Below are positions 39,988 through 49,903 of a stretch of DNA of 64,000 bases, one piece after another; within the stretch, counting starts at the first letter, position 1; each line of letters begins with the position of its first letter. The stretch comes from an uncultured cyanobacterium (GTDB lineage Bacteria > Cyanobacteriota > Cyanobacteriia > PCC-9006 > JAAUQQ01), in contig OY970368.1 in the NCBI GenBank assembly GCA_963718615.1, forward strand, positions 4,544,001 to 4,608,000. The letters run 5' to 3'. The translations under genes and the position numbers were made by a program. A model generated the notes under the pieces. It searched no databases. It was given only the letters and a program-made list of their open reading frames with translations, and had not been told where the DNA came from.

Positions 39988-41484
39988 CTAGAAAAAACGC
40001 TGGAGGACTCGATAGAGCAGCTGGAAGAGCGTCACAATCGCAACGCTGACCAATCCCCCTGCAATCACAAAAACCAACAGCACTAGGAGATTACCGCCAG
40101 GGACCCACATTGCAATGATGCGATGGAGCGGTCCAATCAGCCCAACCACCAGCAGAGAGAGACCTGCAATGATGGCTAGGTCTACGCCTTCCAGCACGCG
40201 AAAGTATTGCAGTGCCACTAGCCCTACCAGCAGCATCAGCCAGAGCCCGGTTCCCCAGAGGACGGTACCTAGAAAACTGGCGATCGCAATTCCCAGCAAA
40301 CTCCCCTGAACCCCCGTAAAGGCCGCATGGCCCAGGAGTTCCAGCAGGGAAAAGGGCCTCCTGCGCGCAGCCACAACGGGCGGTGGTTGGGGGGATGGGG
40401 GTGAGGCAGCCGGAGGCCCGGAGGGGGGAGAAGAGGGGGCTGGCGGCACAGGAGGGGCGACCCCAGGCTGAACCCTAGGCTGGACTGTCGGCTGGGCAAT
40501 AGACTGCATCGCTGTCGACGACGAGGCACTAGAGCGACTGGCCAACGCCGTCTGCACCTCGGCAGCCGAAGCAAACCGCTGGCTGGGGGAAACTTGCAGC
40601 ATTTTGTCGAGCACCGCCGCAAAGGCATCGCTCACCGTCCCATGGTTGCGATAATTCCAGGTACTGCGGTAGCTGTCGTAGAGTACACCGGGTTCTTGGC
40701 CGGTGAGCAGTTCCAAAGCCGTGACCGCAAGGGCATAGAGATCCGTCGAAGGATAAACTGCGCCCCCTTGCATTTGCTCCGGCGGCGCATAACCCGGTGA
40801 GTAAATGCCTGTGGAGCTGTTGGTGGGTTTGCCTGCGGATTGGGTGACTTGCTTGACTGCGCCAAAATCTAACAGAAAAATCCGGCCCTGGCGATCGCGC
40901 ATAATATTCGACGGCTTAATATCCCGATGGATCGTGTCGCGATCGTGGACAAACTTAAGAATTTTTAAGACCGTTTGGACAACTCCTAAGACTTCGGTCT
41001 CAGGAAAAGGACCGTTCTGGGCGAGCTCTTGTTCTAGGGATTGCCCATCAATGTATTCCTGGACCAAATAAAATAGCTCCTGCACCTTTCCCGGCACCAA
41101 GCTCGGCACCTGTAGCGGGAAAAAGGCGAGCAAATCGGGAATCTGGGGGTGGGCATTGCCAAGCTGCTCCAGGGCCTCAGCCTCCCGTTCAAACAAGCCT
41201 TGGGCCACATCGAGCTGGGTGGCACTGAGATTGCCATCGGGCTGAAAAATCTTGACCACACAGGGTTTGAGCGCTGGAGAAAAGCGATCGACCGCATAAT
41301 AAGCCGCCCCAAATCCCCCCTTGCCCAAGAGCCGCTGGGGCAAATAGCGTCCCGCCAAAATTAACGGCATGCCACAGGCGGTACAAAACTTTTGCGTAAC
41401 AGTCTTAATCTGCTTCGGGTCATCCAAATCCATAAAGAGATTTTGGGGACGCGGGCAGCCGGGACGGGTGCAAATGAGCTCCAT
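39988..41484 (-). CDS. Ser/Thr protein kinase with N-terminal 4-Cys prefix and C-terminal TM helices
   Basis: CTRPGC...CTACG; LGKGGFG, IHRDIKPSN, DFG, YAPPE. Confidence 0.93.
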   Translation of the reverse strand: MELICTRPGCPRPQNLFMDLDDPKQIKTVTQKFCTACGMPLILAGRYLPQRLLGKGGFGAAYYAVDRFSPALKPCVVKIFQPDGNLSATQLDVAQGLFEREAEALEQLGNAHPQIPDLLAFFPLQVPSLVPGKVQELFYLVQEYIDGQSLEQELAQNGPFPETEVLGVVQTVLKILKFVHDRDTIHRDIKPSNIMRDRQGRIFLLDFGAVKQVTQSAGKPTNSSTGIYSPGYAPPEQMQGGAVYPSTDLYALAVTALELLTGQEPGVLYDSYRSTWNYRNHGTVSDAFAAVLDKMLQVSPSQRFASAAEVQTALASRSSASSSTAMQSIAQPTVQPRVQPGVAPPVPPAPSSPPSGPPAASPPSPQPPPVVAARRRPFSLLELLGHAAFTGVQGSLLGIAIASFLGTVLWGTGLWLMLLVGLVALQYFRVLEGVDLAIIAGLSLLVVGLIGPLHRIIAMWVPGGNLLVLLVFVIAGGLVSVAIVTLFQLLYRVLQRFF

Positions 41485-41490
41485 GGAATT

Positions 41491-42540
41491 TTAAAGAGTA
41501 GGCTCCAAAGCTTCTGGCTCTTCCGCAACCTTATCCTCTGGCGTGGGAGTTTTGCCATTCTTCGCCGCTGGCGGACTAACCGCAACCGTGCCATAGAGGT
41601 CAAACCCCTCCCGATAGGCCGCACTGGCAAATCGCGGCAAAATCTCTTGGCTAAAGGCTTCCGCTGCTTTTGAACGATAGCGGTTGGGGTTGTAAATCAC
41701 CGAGAGCGTCCGCCGTACCGTTAGTCCATCCACAAAGGCCCGATGGAGCAACTCAATTTCCAGCTCCTTCTCGATCGCCGAAATCGACACAAACGCCGCC
41801 CCCAATCCGGACTGCACGGCATTTTTAATCGCCTCGATGGAATTTAGCTCCATCTCAATCCGCAGTCGCCGGGTTTCAATGCCACAGCGGGTCAGCACCT
41901 GGTCAATGACTTTACGAATGGTGGACTGAGAATCCAGGGCAATAAAGTCCAGCTTATACAAATCCTCAATTTGAATGCGCTCCCGCTGGGCCAGGGGGTG
42001 AAAGCTCGGCAAGATCAGCGCCAGCTCATCTTCCGCATAGGGCACCGTCACCAGCGCATCCTGTAACTCAATGGGGACCTCTCCCCCAATAATCGCCAGG
42101 TCGATCTGCCCATTGGCCACACTCCAGGAAGTCCGCCGGGTGGAATGGACATGGAGCTGAACGGCCACATCCGGGTAGCGTTTGCGAAACAGCCCAATCA
42201 TCCGAGGCAGGAGATACGTGCCCGTGGTCTGGCTAGCGCCCACGATCAAGGTGCCCCCCTGGAGGCTTTGCAGGTCTTCGATCGCTCGACAAGTCTCCTG
42301 ACAAAGGCTAAGGATTTTCTCTCCGTAGCTCAGTAGCAGATGGCCCGCTTCCGTGAGCTGAGCCCGTCGCCCCCCTCGGTCAAACAGGGGAACATCCAAC
42401 TGTCGCTCTAAGTTTTGTACCTGAAGACTTACCGCAGGCTGAGAAACATATAAACTATCGGCAGCCCGCTTAAAGCTTCCTTCAGCGGCGATCGCCTTCA
42501 AGATCCGTAACTGATCCAAAGTAAAGGGAAGATCAGACAT
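41491..42540 (-). CDS. ycf30: LysR regulator Ycf30/RbcR
   Basis: [38 protein letters not shown]; [14 protein letters not shown]; start at ATG 42540. Confidence 0.92.
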   Translation of the reverse strand: MSDLPFTLDQLRILKAIAAEGSFKRAADSLYVSQPAVSLQVQNLERQLDVPLFDRGGRRAQLTEAGHLLLSYGEKILSLCQETCRAIEDLQSLQGGTLIVGASQTTGTYLLPRMIGLFRKRYPDVAVQLHVHSTRRTSWSVANGQIDLAIIGGEVPIELQDALVTVPYAEDELALILPSFHPLAQRERIQIEDLYKLDFIALDSQSTIRKVIDQVLTRCGIETRRLRIEMELNSIEAIKNAVQSGLGAAFVSISAIEKELEIELLHRAFVDGLTVRRTLSVIYNPNRYRSKAAEAFSQEILPRFASAAYREGFDLYGTVAVSPPAAKNGKTPTPEDKVAEEPEALEPTL

Positions 42541-42681
42541 ATCAGCTCTCAATCGCTTAATAGAAGCTGGGCAGAAACTCTTATGCTTAAATCGGGAACG
42601 CTGAAGGCAGACGCTCACCCGACAATCCGACTATTGAATACTATGCCTTTAGGGGCAGCCCACGTTGCAAATCTAGAATAA

Positions 42682-43995
42682 ATGTTAAGTACAGATATGA
42701 GCTGGGAGGTTGTCCAAGATTTTCTGAATGTTTCAGGGATCAAAGGAGTGGCTTTGATCGATGGACAATCACGCCCCTACTTTCGCGATATCGAAAAGAT
42801 CCTTAATGCCCAACAACGGGAGGCCCTCGCCCAGGGGGTCTGGCAGGTCTTAGAAACGATTCCCGAAAGCTTTGAATCCTTTGAATTTCAGTTTTCTGGG
42901 ACTCAGGTTTATATCCACAAGATGGCCCAGGGGTTAATTCTCCTCATCCTCACCCACGATACGCTGATCTATCCAGATTATTGCGAAGCCTTTACTCGAT
43001 TGAAGGCATCCTTTGAAGCCGATAGCAGTGCCACCCTCGAAGCCTTTCGACGGTTGTTGGGAGCACGCAACACGACGGCAGCGCCTTTAGACACTAGCGC
43101 TTTTGCGCCCATGGCGGAGGTCAAGGCTGCACCGCCCTCTCCCCGAGATCCGGCCCGACCGGTTCCGGCAGAGCGTCAGGTGGCCCAGGCCATGGTCCAG
43201 AGCATCGCTGAGCAAAATGGCAATGGTGGGGCGGCCTTTGCGACGGTGGCAGCCATTCCCGCAGAATCTCCGCCAACGCTAACGCCCCCTAATCCGGACC
43301 CTAAACCCACGGCGCGGCGGCGCAATCCGGAAGATACCCTACCGGATCTGTTTCCTGATGATGATACTGCTTCAGCGACAGCGCCCTCGGCGGCTAAGAG
43401 ATCAACCGCAGCCCCCCAGGCCATAGCCCAGTCAAAGACCCAGCCAAGTCCCCAGCTAAGTCCCCAGCCAAGTCTCCAGGTAAAGCCCCAATCCGTTCCG
43501 CCATCGGTTCAGCCCCTCAGCCCCTCACCTCCGGCTGTCGTCCCGCCACCGGTCCCGCCGGAGCCTGTCTTGCCATCGATTGGGGAGTTAACCCCAAGTC
43601 CAGCCCCAAGTCCAGCCCCAGGTATAGCCCCAGATATAGCCCCAGGTCCAACCTCATCTTTGGGCACAATCTCCTTAGAAACCTGGCTCAACACCCTCAA
43701 TACCTTGGGCCAAGCCGCTGTCCATTACCTCGGTCGTGCTGTCGTGGCCAACTACTGGCGCACCACCCGTCCCCCTGCGGATTGGCTGGCTAGCTTTGAA
43801 ATCGAGCGATCGGGTAACATCCAGTCTGACCCCCAGATCTCCCTCAGTCAGAGCATTTCAGCTACGCAACAGGCGGACCTACAAACCTGGGCTCAGCAAT
43901 TTATCCAGCGCTGTGGCCGAGTGATTCGAGACTTTCCCCAACTGGCTCAAACCCAGGGTCTTACGCCAGAACAATTGGAGCTTTTAGACCTCTAA
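42682..43995 (+). CDS. Hypothetical: Roadblock/profilin-like N-domain, Pro-rich linker, helical C-domain
   Basis: DFLNVSGIKGVALID...FEFQFSGTQVYIHK...LLILT beta pattern; long P/A/S-rich linker. Confidence 0.7.
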   Translation: MLSTDMSWEVVQDFLNVSGIKGVALIDGQSRPYFRDIEKILNAQQREALAQGVWQVLETIPESFESFEFQFSGTQVYIHKMAQGLILLILTHDTLIYPDYCEAFTRLKASFEADSSATLEAFRRLLGARNTTAAPLDTSAFAPMAEVKAAPPSPRDPARPVPAERQVAQAMVQSIAEQNGNGGAAFATVAAIPAESPPTLTPPNPDPKPTARRRNPEDTLPDLFPDDDTASATAPSAAKRSTAAPQAIAQSKTQPSPQLSPQPSLQVKPQSVPPSVQPLSPSPPAVVPPPVPPEPVLPSIGELTPSPAPSPAPGIAPDIAPGPTSSLGTISLETWLNTLNTLGQAAVHYLGRAVVANYWRTTRPPADWLASFEIERSGNIQSDPQISLSQSISATQQADLQTWAQQFIQRCGRVIRDFPQLAQTQGLTPEQLELLDL

Positions 43996-44011
43996 ACGGC
44001 TTAGACTCATT

Positions 44012-44494
44012 ATGCTCAAACAGGTGCGACTCGAACCCCTGGGTCAGACGGTCCATGTCGAAGCCCAGTCCACCCTGTTGTCTGTGCTGCTGCATAAGGA
44101 TCTAGAAGTCCTGAAGGAATGTGGGGGGCGGGGAATGTGCGCCACCTGCCATATTTATATTCGAGAAGGGATGCCTGCCCTTTCTCGCATGTCGCGACGG
44201 GAACAGCGCACCCTGGAGGTGATTACCTCCTGTCGTTCCAACTCCCGCTTGGCCTGTCAGACTCGGGTGCAAGGGGATGGCATTGTGGTCGAGCTGCCTC
44301 CCGGTATGTATGTGCAGTCGATTCAGGATATCGAGGTTTTGATTGGCCGTCGGGCTGAGCAACCGCTTTTGCATCCCATCACTGGGAAAATCCTCGTTGA
44401 AGAGGGAAAACTAGTAACACGTTCCATGCTGAAGCAGCTCAAGAGTGTTACTTTCGAGGTGGCACAGTACTTTAACCAAACTCGCGGCGTTTGA
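44012..44494 (+). CDS. 2Fe-2S ferredoxin with C-terminal extension (Slr0148-like)
   Basis: ECGGRGMCATC...SRLACQ. Confidence 0.92.
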   Translation: MLKQVRLEPLGQTVHVEAQSTLLSVLLHKDLEVLKECGGRGMCATCHIYIREGMPALSRMSRREQRTLEVITSCRSNSRLACQTRVQGDGIVVELPPGMYVQSIQDIEVLIGRRAEQPLLHPITGKILVEEGKLVTRSMLKQLKSVTFEVAQYFNQTRGV

Positions 44495-44526
44495 TCGCAG
44501 GGTTCTCATTGCAGGGTTTTACAGGC

Positions 44527-45201
44527 ATGATGACTGCATCACTGACTCCTCCTTCGACCAAGCTGAAGTTCCCCCAAAAACACAACCACTTTGGCTACCG
44601 TGACTTTTTTCGGCTGGATGCCGAGCGAGGCACGCTGGTGGACTGGAATGGCAGTCAAAACTTTCTCACCAGTGAAGATTTTATTATTGGGCTCATCGAA
44701 GGACTTGAAGAGGAAGTCGGGGACGCCTCGGCAGCGGTGATGTACACCGTGGGTTGTGAGTGGGGCAAACGGGATTCCTTTGTCTTTGAAAAATGGTTTG
44801 AGCAGGAATTTGGCCGCAGCATCCGTCAGGTCAATCTGATGTTTTTGCTGGAAACCTGGTGGTGGCCCTATATCAGCCAAGGCTGGGGCCGCTGGGAGGT
44901 GGATCTGGGCGATCGCCAACAGGGTTTCATGTTCATCAATCTCTTCGATTCTGCCCTAGCCCGTACCCTTGGCGATGTGGGTAAGCCGGTCTGTCATCTC
45001 TATGCGGGTCTGTTTGCGGGGTTTTTTACGGAGCTGGTCAAAAAGCAACTGAGCTGTATTGAAATTCAGTGCTATTCCATGGGAGAAAACTACTGTAAAT
45101 TCCTTCTCGGTGGCCAAGACCGGATTAACGCTGCTGCCTTTTGGCTCAACGAAGGGGCAACCGCCAAAGACATTACCCAGCGGCTGCGGGAAGGAGCATA
45201 A
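44527..45201 (+). CDS. V4R-domain protein
   Basis: QGWGRW; PVCHLYAG...CIEIQCYSMGENYCKF metal-ligand motif. Confidence 0.9.
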   Translation: MMTASLTPPSTKLKFPQKHNHFGYRDFFRLDAERGTLVDWNGSQNFLTSEDFIIGLIEGLEEEVGDASAAVMYTVGCEWGKRDSFVFEKWFEQEFGRSIRQVNLMFLLETWWWPYISQGWGRWEVDLGDRQQGFMFINLFDSALARTLGDVGKPVCHLYAGLFAGFFTELVKKQLSCIEIQCYSMGENYCKFLLGGQDRINAAAFWLNEGATAKDITQRLREGA

Positions 45202-45207
45202 TCGCGG

Positions 45208-45618
45208 ATGGCAACCCAGACCTCTGAATCAACTGGCTCAATTGGCTCAACGGCGATCGCCGCTCATTCCTGGAAACAGCTCACCGTTGCTGAATTTCTG
45301 CAAACCATTGCCTGGACCGGTCAACCTCCGGAGACCGTCTTATCGAGCGGACGGGGCACAGCAGCGGCGGATACGCCCCGGATCTCGCCTGCAGTGTTGA
45401 GCTATCGTCTAACGGTGGGGCAATTTTTTGGGGCGATTCCCTGGCAAGGCGGTTCGGTTGAAGCGGCTGCTCTCCCGCTTTCCTTAGCCGTGGCCACTGC
45501 TGATGGCGAACCGCTCCCCGCAGAGCTGCCGCTGCTAGAGGATGTGGTCAGTGGATCCCCAAATGGAGATGCGGATTTGACGCTAGATGATTTTCTGGAT
45601 GCCTTTTCGGGCTTTTGA
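45208..45618 (+). CDS. Hypothetical protein with repeated LTVxxF...I.W.G motif
   Basis: LTVAEFLQTIAWTG, LTVGQFFGAIPWQG, terminal LTLDDF. Confidence 0.75.
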   Translation: MATQTSESTGSIGSTAIAAHSWKQLTVAEFLQTIAWTGQPPETVLSSGRGTAAADTPRISPAVLSYRLTVGQFFGAIPWQGGSVEAAALPLSLAVATADGEPLPAELPLLEDVVSGSPNGDADLTLDDFLDAFSGF

Positions 45619-45827
45619 AATGGCCTTGGGGCTTGTATTTGGTGTTCACGATTCAGGGTTAACGATTTAGGGTTAATGATTCAGGATTAACAGCGTTGAC
45701 AGATATTACTTTTTCAAGCATTTATTGCAGTTTAGCGATCGCATTTTTAGAAATTGCAGATAGATATCGCAGGTCCAGTGGGATTGATCAGCAAATAACA
45801 GTGGTTCAAGCAATCCGGTAAGGCTCT

Positions 45828-46274
45828 ATGGTTCTGGCGTTAGAAACCTTCTTTAGCGATTCGGATAAGCGCTACCTCAGCGGGGACGAGCTCAAAACCC
45901 TGGGGCGCTATAGTTTGTCGTTGCCCCAGCGGCTGACGCTGTATCGATTTTTGCGAGATCAGGAGTTGGCGATGTTCCAAGCGGTGGCAGACCAGATGGA
46001 GGCCAAGCTGCCGGAGGAAGCCCCGGCGAACCTAGAGCGCTGTCTGAAGGAAGGCATTGTGGCACTGCGGCAGGGGGCGATCGCCATGCTGGTCAACGAT
46101 GCGGAGGTGTTATCCGATCAGCTGCGCTGGCTGCGAGCCAGTCAACAAAACTATGACTCCCAAGCGCTGGATACTCTCATGTTTGGATTACTTCAGCGGG
46201 AACTCGAACAGCGGCTTTCTCCGCCCCAGGCAAAGCTGTTGCTGCCGTTTCTTCAACCGTTTCAATCTCTTTAA
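45828..46274 (+). CDS. Phycobiliprotein/globin-fold protein
   Basis: DSDKRYLSGDEL N-terminus and ERCLKEGIVALRQGAIAMLVND, aligning by eye with allophycocyanin RYLS..EL / CLRD..YYLR. Confidence 0.75.
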   Translation: MVLALETFFSDSDKRYLSGDELKTLGRYSLSLPQRLTLYRFLRDQELAMFQAVADQMEAKLPEEAPANLERCLKEGIVALRQGAIAMLVNDAEVLSDQLRWLRASQQNYDSQALDTLMFGLLQRELEQRLSPPQAKLLLPFLQPFQSL

Positions 46275-46356
46275 ATGGGCCGTAAATTGACCGCCTGTTC
46301 AAATTGACCACCTGTTCAGACCCTATCTGTTCCAGCCCTTTTAGATCTGAAGCCCC

Positions 46357-47016
46357 ATGATTTCTGTCGCTGACCTGATTGACGCCGCCTCCCATGGCCC
46401 CAGCAATTATTTTGCGGCCAACACCTATGTCCGCAGCGACCTGGAACTGGGGTTGCTGGAAAACCGCAGCGGCAGCCGACTGCTGGCGATTCCCGATACG
46501 CTGATCAAGGCACTCTATGCGGGTCTAGAGCAGGAAACGGGCTTGGCCGCACGATTGGTCCTGGCGAACTGTGGTCGCTGGTGGGGCAAAAACTTTTATC
46601 GACGCTTTAGCGAAGAGCTGAGCCAACACTACGAGTTACCGCTCAGTCAATTGCCCATGGCGGAATTTGTTCAATCCCTTCAGGAATGCTGGATCAGCCA
46701 CGGCTGGGGCACGATGGACTTGGACCCGGCGATCGCACCCCAAGGCTTCCTCCTGGTCAAAACCTGGAATTCTCCCTTCGCCACCCAGGCCCCCCAGATG
46801 AACCGCCCTGTTTGTTTCATGGATGCGGGCATTTTGGCCTCGTTCTTTAGTCAACTCACCGGCCAAACCCTAGACTGCGTGCAGATTAGCTGCGAGTCCT
46901 TGGGGGCCGATTGCAATCGTTTTGTCCTGGGTACCCCCGACCGATTGGCACGAGCTGAGGCCCTTGTGGAAGAGCAAGCCGACTTCGAGACCATTCTCCA
47001 AGCCCTGATGCAATAA
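46357..47016 (+). CDS. V4R-domain protein
   Basis: MISVADL...NYFA...GLLENRSGSRLLA; HGWG; PVC...CVQISCESLGADCNRF. Confidence 0.9.
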   Translation: MISVADLIDAASHGPSNYFAANTYVRSDLELGLLENRSGSRLLAIPDTLIKALYAGLEQETGLAARLVLANCGRWWGKNFYRRFSEELSQHYELPLSQLPMAEFVQSLQECWISHGWGTMDLDPAIAPQGFLLVKTWNSPFATQAPQMNRPVCFMDAGILASFFSQLTGQTLDCVQISCESLGADCNRFVLGTPDRLARAEALVEEQADFETILQALMQ

Positions 47017-47137
47017 TCTGATGCAATCAATCTGATCTACTCCAGCGCCTCAGCCTCAACGCTTCTTTTCTAAATTTCCTTTTCTCTTCCTGCTCTGTTC
47101 TTCCCTCTGTTCTCTGCCCTCTTTTTTCTCTCTTCCC

Positions 47138-48898
47138 TTGTCCCCTGCGGTTCCTTCCCATTTATCTGCCTTTGGGCGATCGCAATACTATCGCCTCGGT
47201 CTCGTGGCGCAGGGGCAGTTTGGCAAAGTCTATTGTGCGATTCATCGACAGAGTGGTCAGTTGGTGGCGCTGAAAATCCTGGACATGGCGCGATCGCCCA
47301 CCCAGGATTTTTTGCGAGAACTGAGCTCGATTTTGGCGCTCCAGCACCCCAATCTCATCCAGGTCTACGGCGTCGAGCATCAACCCCAACAACGGCAGCT
47401 CATTTTGGACTACGGCGAAGGCGGGACTCTACGGCACCTGATCGAAGGTATCGCCCCCCTGAGTTTGCCTCAACAGCTTCAAATTCTGATTGAGCTGCTC
47501 GCAGGACTTGACCACGCCCATCGGCGCAATATTATCCACTGCGATGTCAAACCCGAAAATATTTTAGTCAGTCTGACGCCGACGGGTTGGAGCCCCAGAC
47601 TGACCGACTTTGGCATTGCTTACAACCAGGCGTTGCCCGCCGCCCAGCAAATCGCTTCCCGCCAGGGAGCCCCGGCCTACATGGCCCCTGAGCAATTTTG
47701 TGGCCGGATTTTGCCCGCAGTAGATTTGTACGCGGTGGGCATTATTTTGTACGAAATGCTGCTAGGCCACCGTCCCTTTCGCGGATCGCCGACGGAGCTT
47801 CAGCAAGCCCACCAGAAGGCTCCCGTCGAGCTTCCCCCTAAAGTACCGCTCCCGCTCCAGCGAATTTTGCGGCGATCGCTCGAAAAAGTTCCCAGCCGCC
47901 GCTATCCCAGCGCCCAGCTCATGGCTAAAGCCCTCAGCCAAGCCTTACAGAAACTGCACCCCCAGTCTGATGCGCCGCTGTTTTTAACCCCTGGGATAAT
48001 CCCGATCACCGTTCCCCCGAGCCAACTACAGCGCCTGGAGACCAGTGAGCTTGTCCCTCCCCTTGCCTTGCCTGCCTCCCTGGCGGTTTGGCTTCAGCCT
48101 CAGGCCCAGGCTCAAGGGCCAAAAGACTCTTCTAGAGAAGGATCTGGCGATCGCCTAGCTCTGGCTCCCGACTATAGCTGGGCGGCTCTTTTACAGCATC
48201 AGCCTCGGGATCTTTCTGCCAATGGGGCTGCTGAGGCTGAATTTCGACCTGCATTGCATTCTGAATTACGCTGCTGTCGGTCCACCGGCTGTACCCCCGC
48301 GATCGCCCTTCCCCTTCCCGGTCCTCCCCAGGAAATTCTGATCCTCGATCGCCGCTATGGCATTCTCCACTGCCCCCCACTAGCCAGTCCCCCACTAGCC
48401 AGTCCCCCACCGGGCAATTCTCCCCGCCAGGAGCCCCAGAACAGCCATCTCGTCCTGTTCAATCGCCGTGGCACAGTCTTTCCTCCACTCCCGCTTCCCA
48501 TCGCCCTGCGCCGCTGTACCCAGGGCACCCATGCCAACCAACTCCTCGCCCTTGAGCAGCAGCAGCCCCAGGTGTTGCTGCAAATTTCATTGCGTCCCTT
48601 CCGCCTCCAGCGGATTCCCCTCAGTCTTGTTCCTGTGGCGATCGCCCCTTGCCCTTGGGGGATTGCTCTGATCGACGCCCAGCGGCAGCTACTCCTGCTG
48701 GATCTCAGCGGTCATCCCCTAGGAACCTTGACCTTACCCTTGGCGAGCGGGGTGCCCCGCCAGTTGAGCGCCTTGGGCACCCAGGCCATTGCCCTCACCC
48801 TTGATCCCGGCCCCCCAGCGCCCCGCTCAGGGGACCTGACCTCGCCTCAACACTATCGAGTTGATCTCCAGGGGATCGATCTGGGCTTGATTTTCTAG
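47138..48898 (+). CDS. Ser/Thr protein kinase (SpkG-like)
   Basis: YRLGLVAQGQFGKVYCAIHR, FLREL, IHCDVKPEN, DFG, YMAPE. Confidence 0.9.
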   Translation: MSPAVPSHLSAFGRSQYYRLGLVAQGQFGKVYCAIHRQSGQLVALKILDMARSPTQDFLRELSSILALQHPNLIQVYGVEHQPQQRQLILDYGEGGTLRHLIEGIAPLSLPQQLQILIELLAGLDHAHRRNIIHCDVKPENILVSLTPTGWSPRLTDFGIAYNQALPAAQQIASRQGAPAYMAPEQFCGRILPAVDLYAVGIILYEMLLGHRPFRGSPTELQQAHQKAPVELPPKVPLPLQRILRRSLEKVPSRRYPSAQLMAKALSQALQKLHPQSDAPLFLTPGIIPITVPPSQLQRLETSELVPPLALPASLAVWLQPQAQAQGPKDSSREGSGDRLALAPDYSWAALLQHQPRDLSANGAAEAEFRPALHSELRCCRSTGCTPAIALPLPGPPQEILILDRRYGILHCPPLASPPLASPPPGNSPRQEPQNSHLVLFNRRGTVFPPLPLPIALRRCTQGTHANQLLALEQQQPQVLLQISLRPFRLQRIPLSLVPVAIAPCPWGIALIDAQRQLLLLDLSGHPLGTLTLPLASGVPRQLSALGTQAIALTLDPGPPAPRSGDLTSPQHYRVDLQGIDLGLIF

Positions 48899-49386
48899 CG
48901 AATTTTTAGTGAAACTGTTCCCCCTTCCACAGCAAAATTCCAAAATCTTTATTAAGATTGACCGAAATCATTAAATCGAAACAAACGCCTTTCCCATCAG
49001 ACATCCAGGTTTCATCACAAACGTAATCCGTCCTTGGATAGGCTGGTAGCATGATCCCTATAGATTAATCGCGCACTTCAGAGTGCAGACCAGCATTAAG
49101 AATCTTTAGTCTTAAAACTTTGGTCCGCATGTCCATGATTTTGCGTTATGTCGATTTGCGTCACACTAGCGTTTTCTTTGGCAGCTTTTTCTCTTGTTCT
49201 GGCTAGATCTTTGAAATTGTTTTATCACTGAAGATGGAGGCCATTCATCTTTGCCATTTGCTGAGTTTCATTGATCCCGAACAATGAGCTCTAGTAATCG
49301 CTGCTTTACAAATCTGTTGCTTCATCGGGGATCGTTGGGCATCCTTGGTAATTCTTTTAAATAAAAAATTAGCTTAGGCAATCACT

Positions 49387-49722
49387 GTGATATCCGTTAA
49401 CGAAAAGACCTTTGAACAAGAAGTTCTCGAATCTCCTGTTCCAGTGTTAATTAATTTCTGGGCACCTTGGTGCGGGGTCTGTCGCCTGATCAATCCGTTG
49501 CTTAACCAGTTGACCCAGCGAGCCCAGGCCAAGGTCAAGGTGGTCAGCATCAACGCTGACGAGAATTTCAAGCTGGCCAAGGCCTATCGGCTCACCACGT
49601 TGCCGACGCTGGTTTTGCTGAAGGGGGGATCGGTTTGCGATCGCCTAGAGGGCTGTAGCGATCGCGAGCAAATCCAGCTCATTCTCGAACAATTTTCACA
49701 GTGCCATACGTACTCCGCCTAA
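49387..49722 (+). CDS. trxC: Cyanobacterial TrxC-type thioredoxin
   Basis: FWAPWCGVC atypical site; INADENFKLA. Confidence 0.8.
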   Translation: MISVNEKTFEQEVLESPVPVLINFWAPWCGVCRLINPLLNQLTQRAQAKVKVVSINADENFKLAKAYRLTTLPTLVLLKGGSVCDRLEGCSDREQIQLILEQFSQCHTYSA

Positions 49723-49807
49723 AGGTTCCCCAAGGCCGTATTTCTTCTGTGTCAAAATAATAAGAGGTTGGTCGAAGCCCTAGGGCACCTGCCAACCCAT
49801 CCGTAGG

Positions 49808-49852
49808 GAATCCAGTTCGACTGAATCCAGTTTGACTGAATCCAGTTTGACT
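49808..49852. repeat. 15-bp tandem repeat x3 upstream of ndhF1
   Basis: GAATCCAGTT(C/T)GACT x3. Confidence 0.85.
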
Positions 49853-49903
49853 GATAGCCCCACTGAATACTTGACGGATCTCGCAACGAACCCGAGGCCA
49901 CTG

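Noticed and set aside
49832-49903. 24-aa N-terminal extension of NdhF1
   Set aside because: Arises from the 15-bp tandem repeat with a TTG start; the conserved start is ATG 49904
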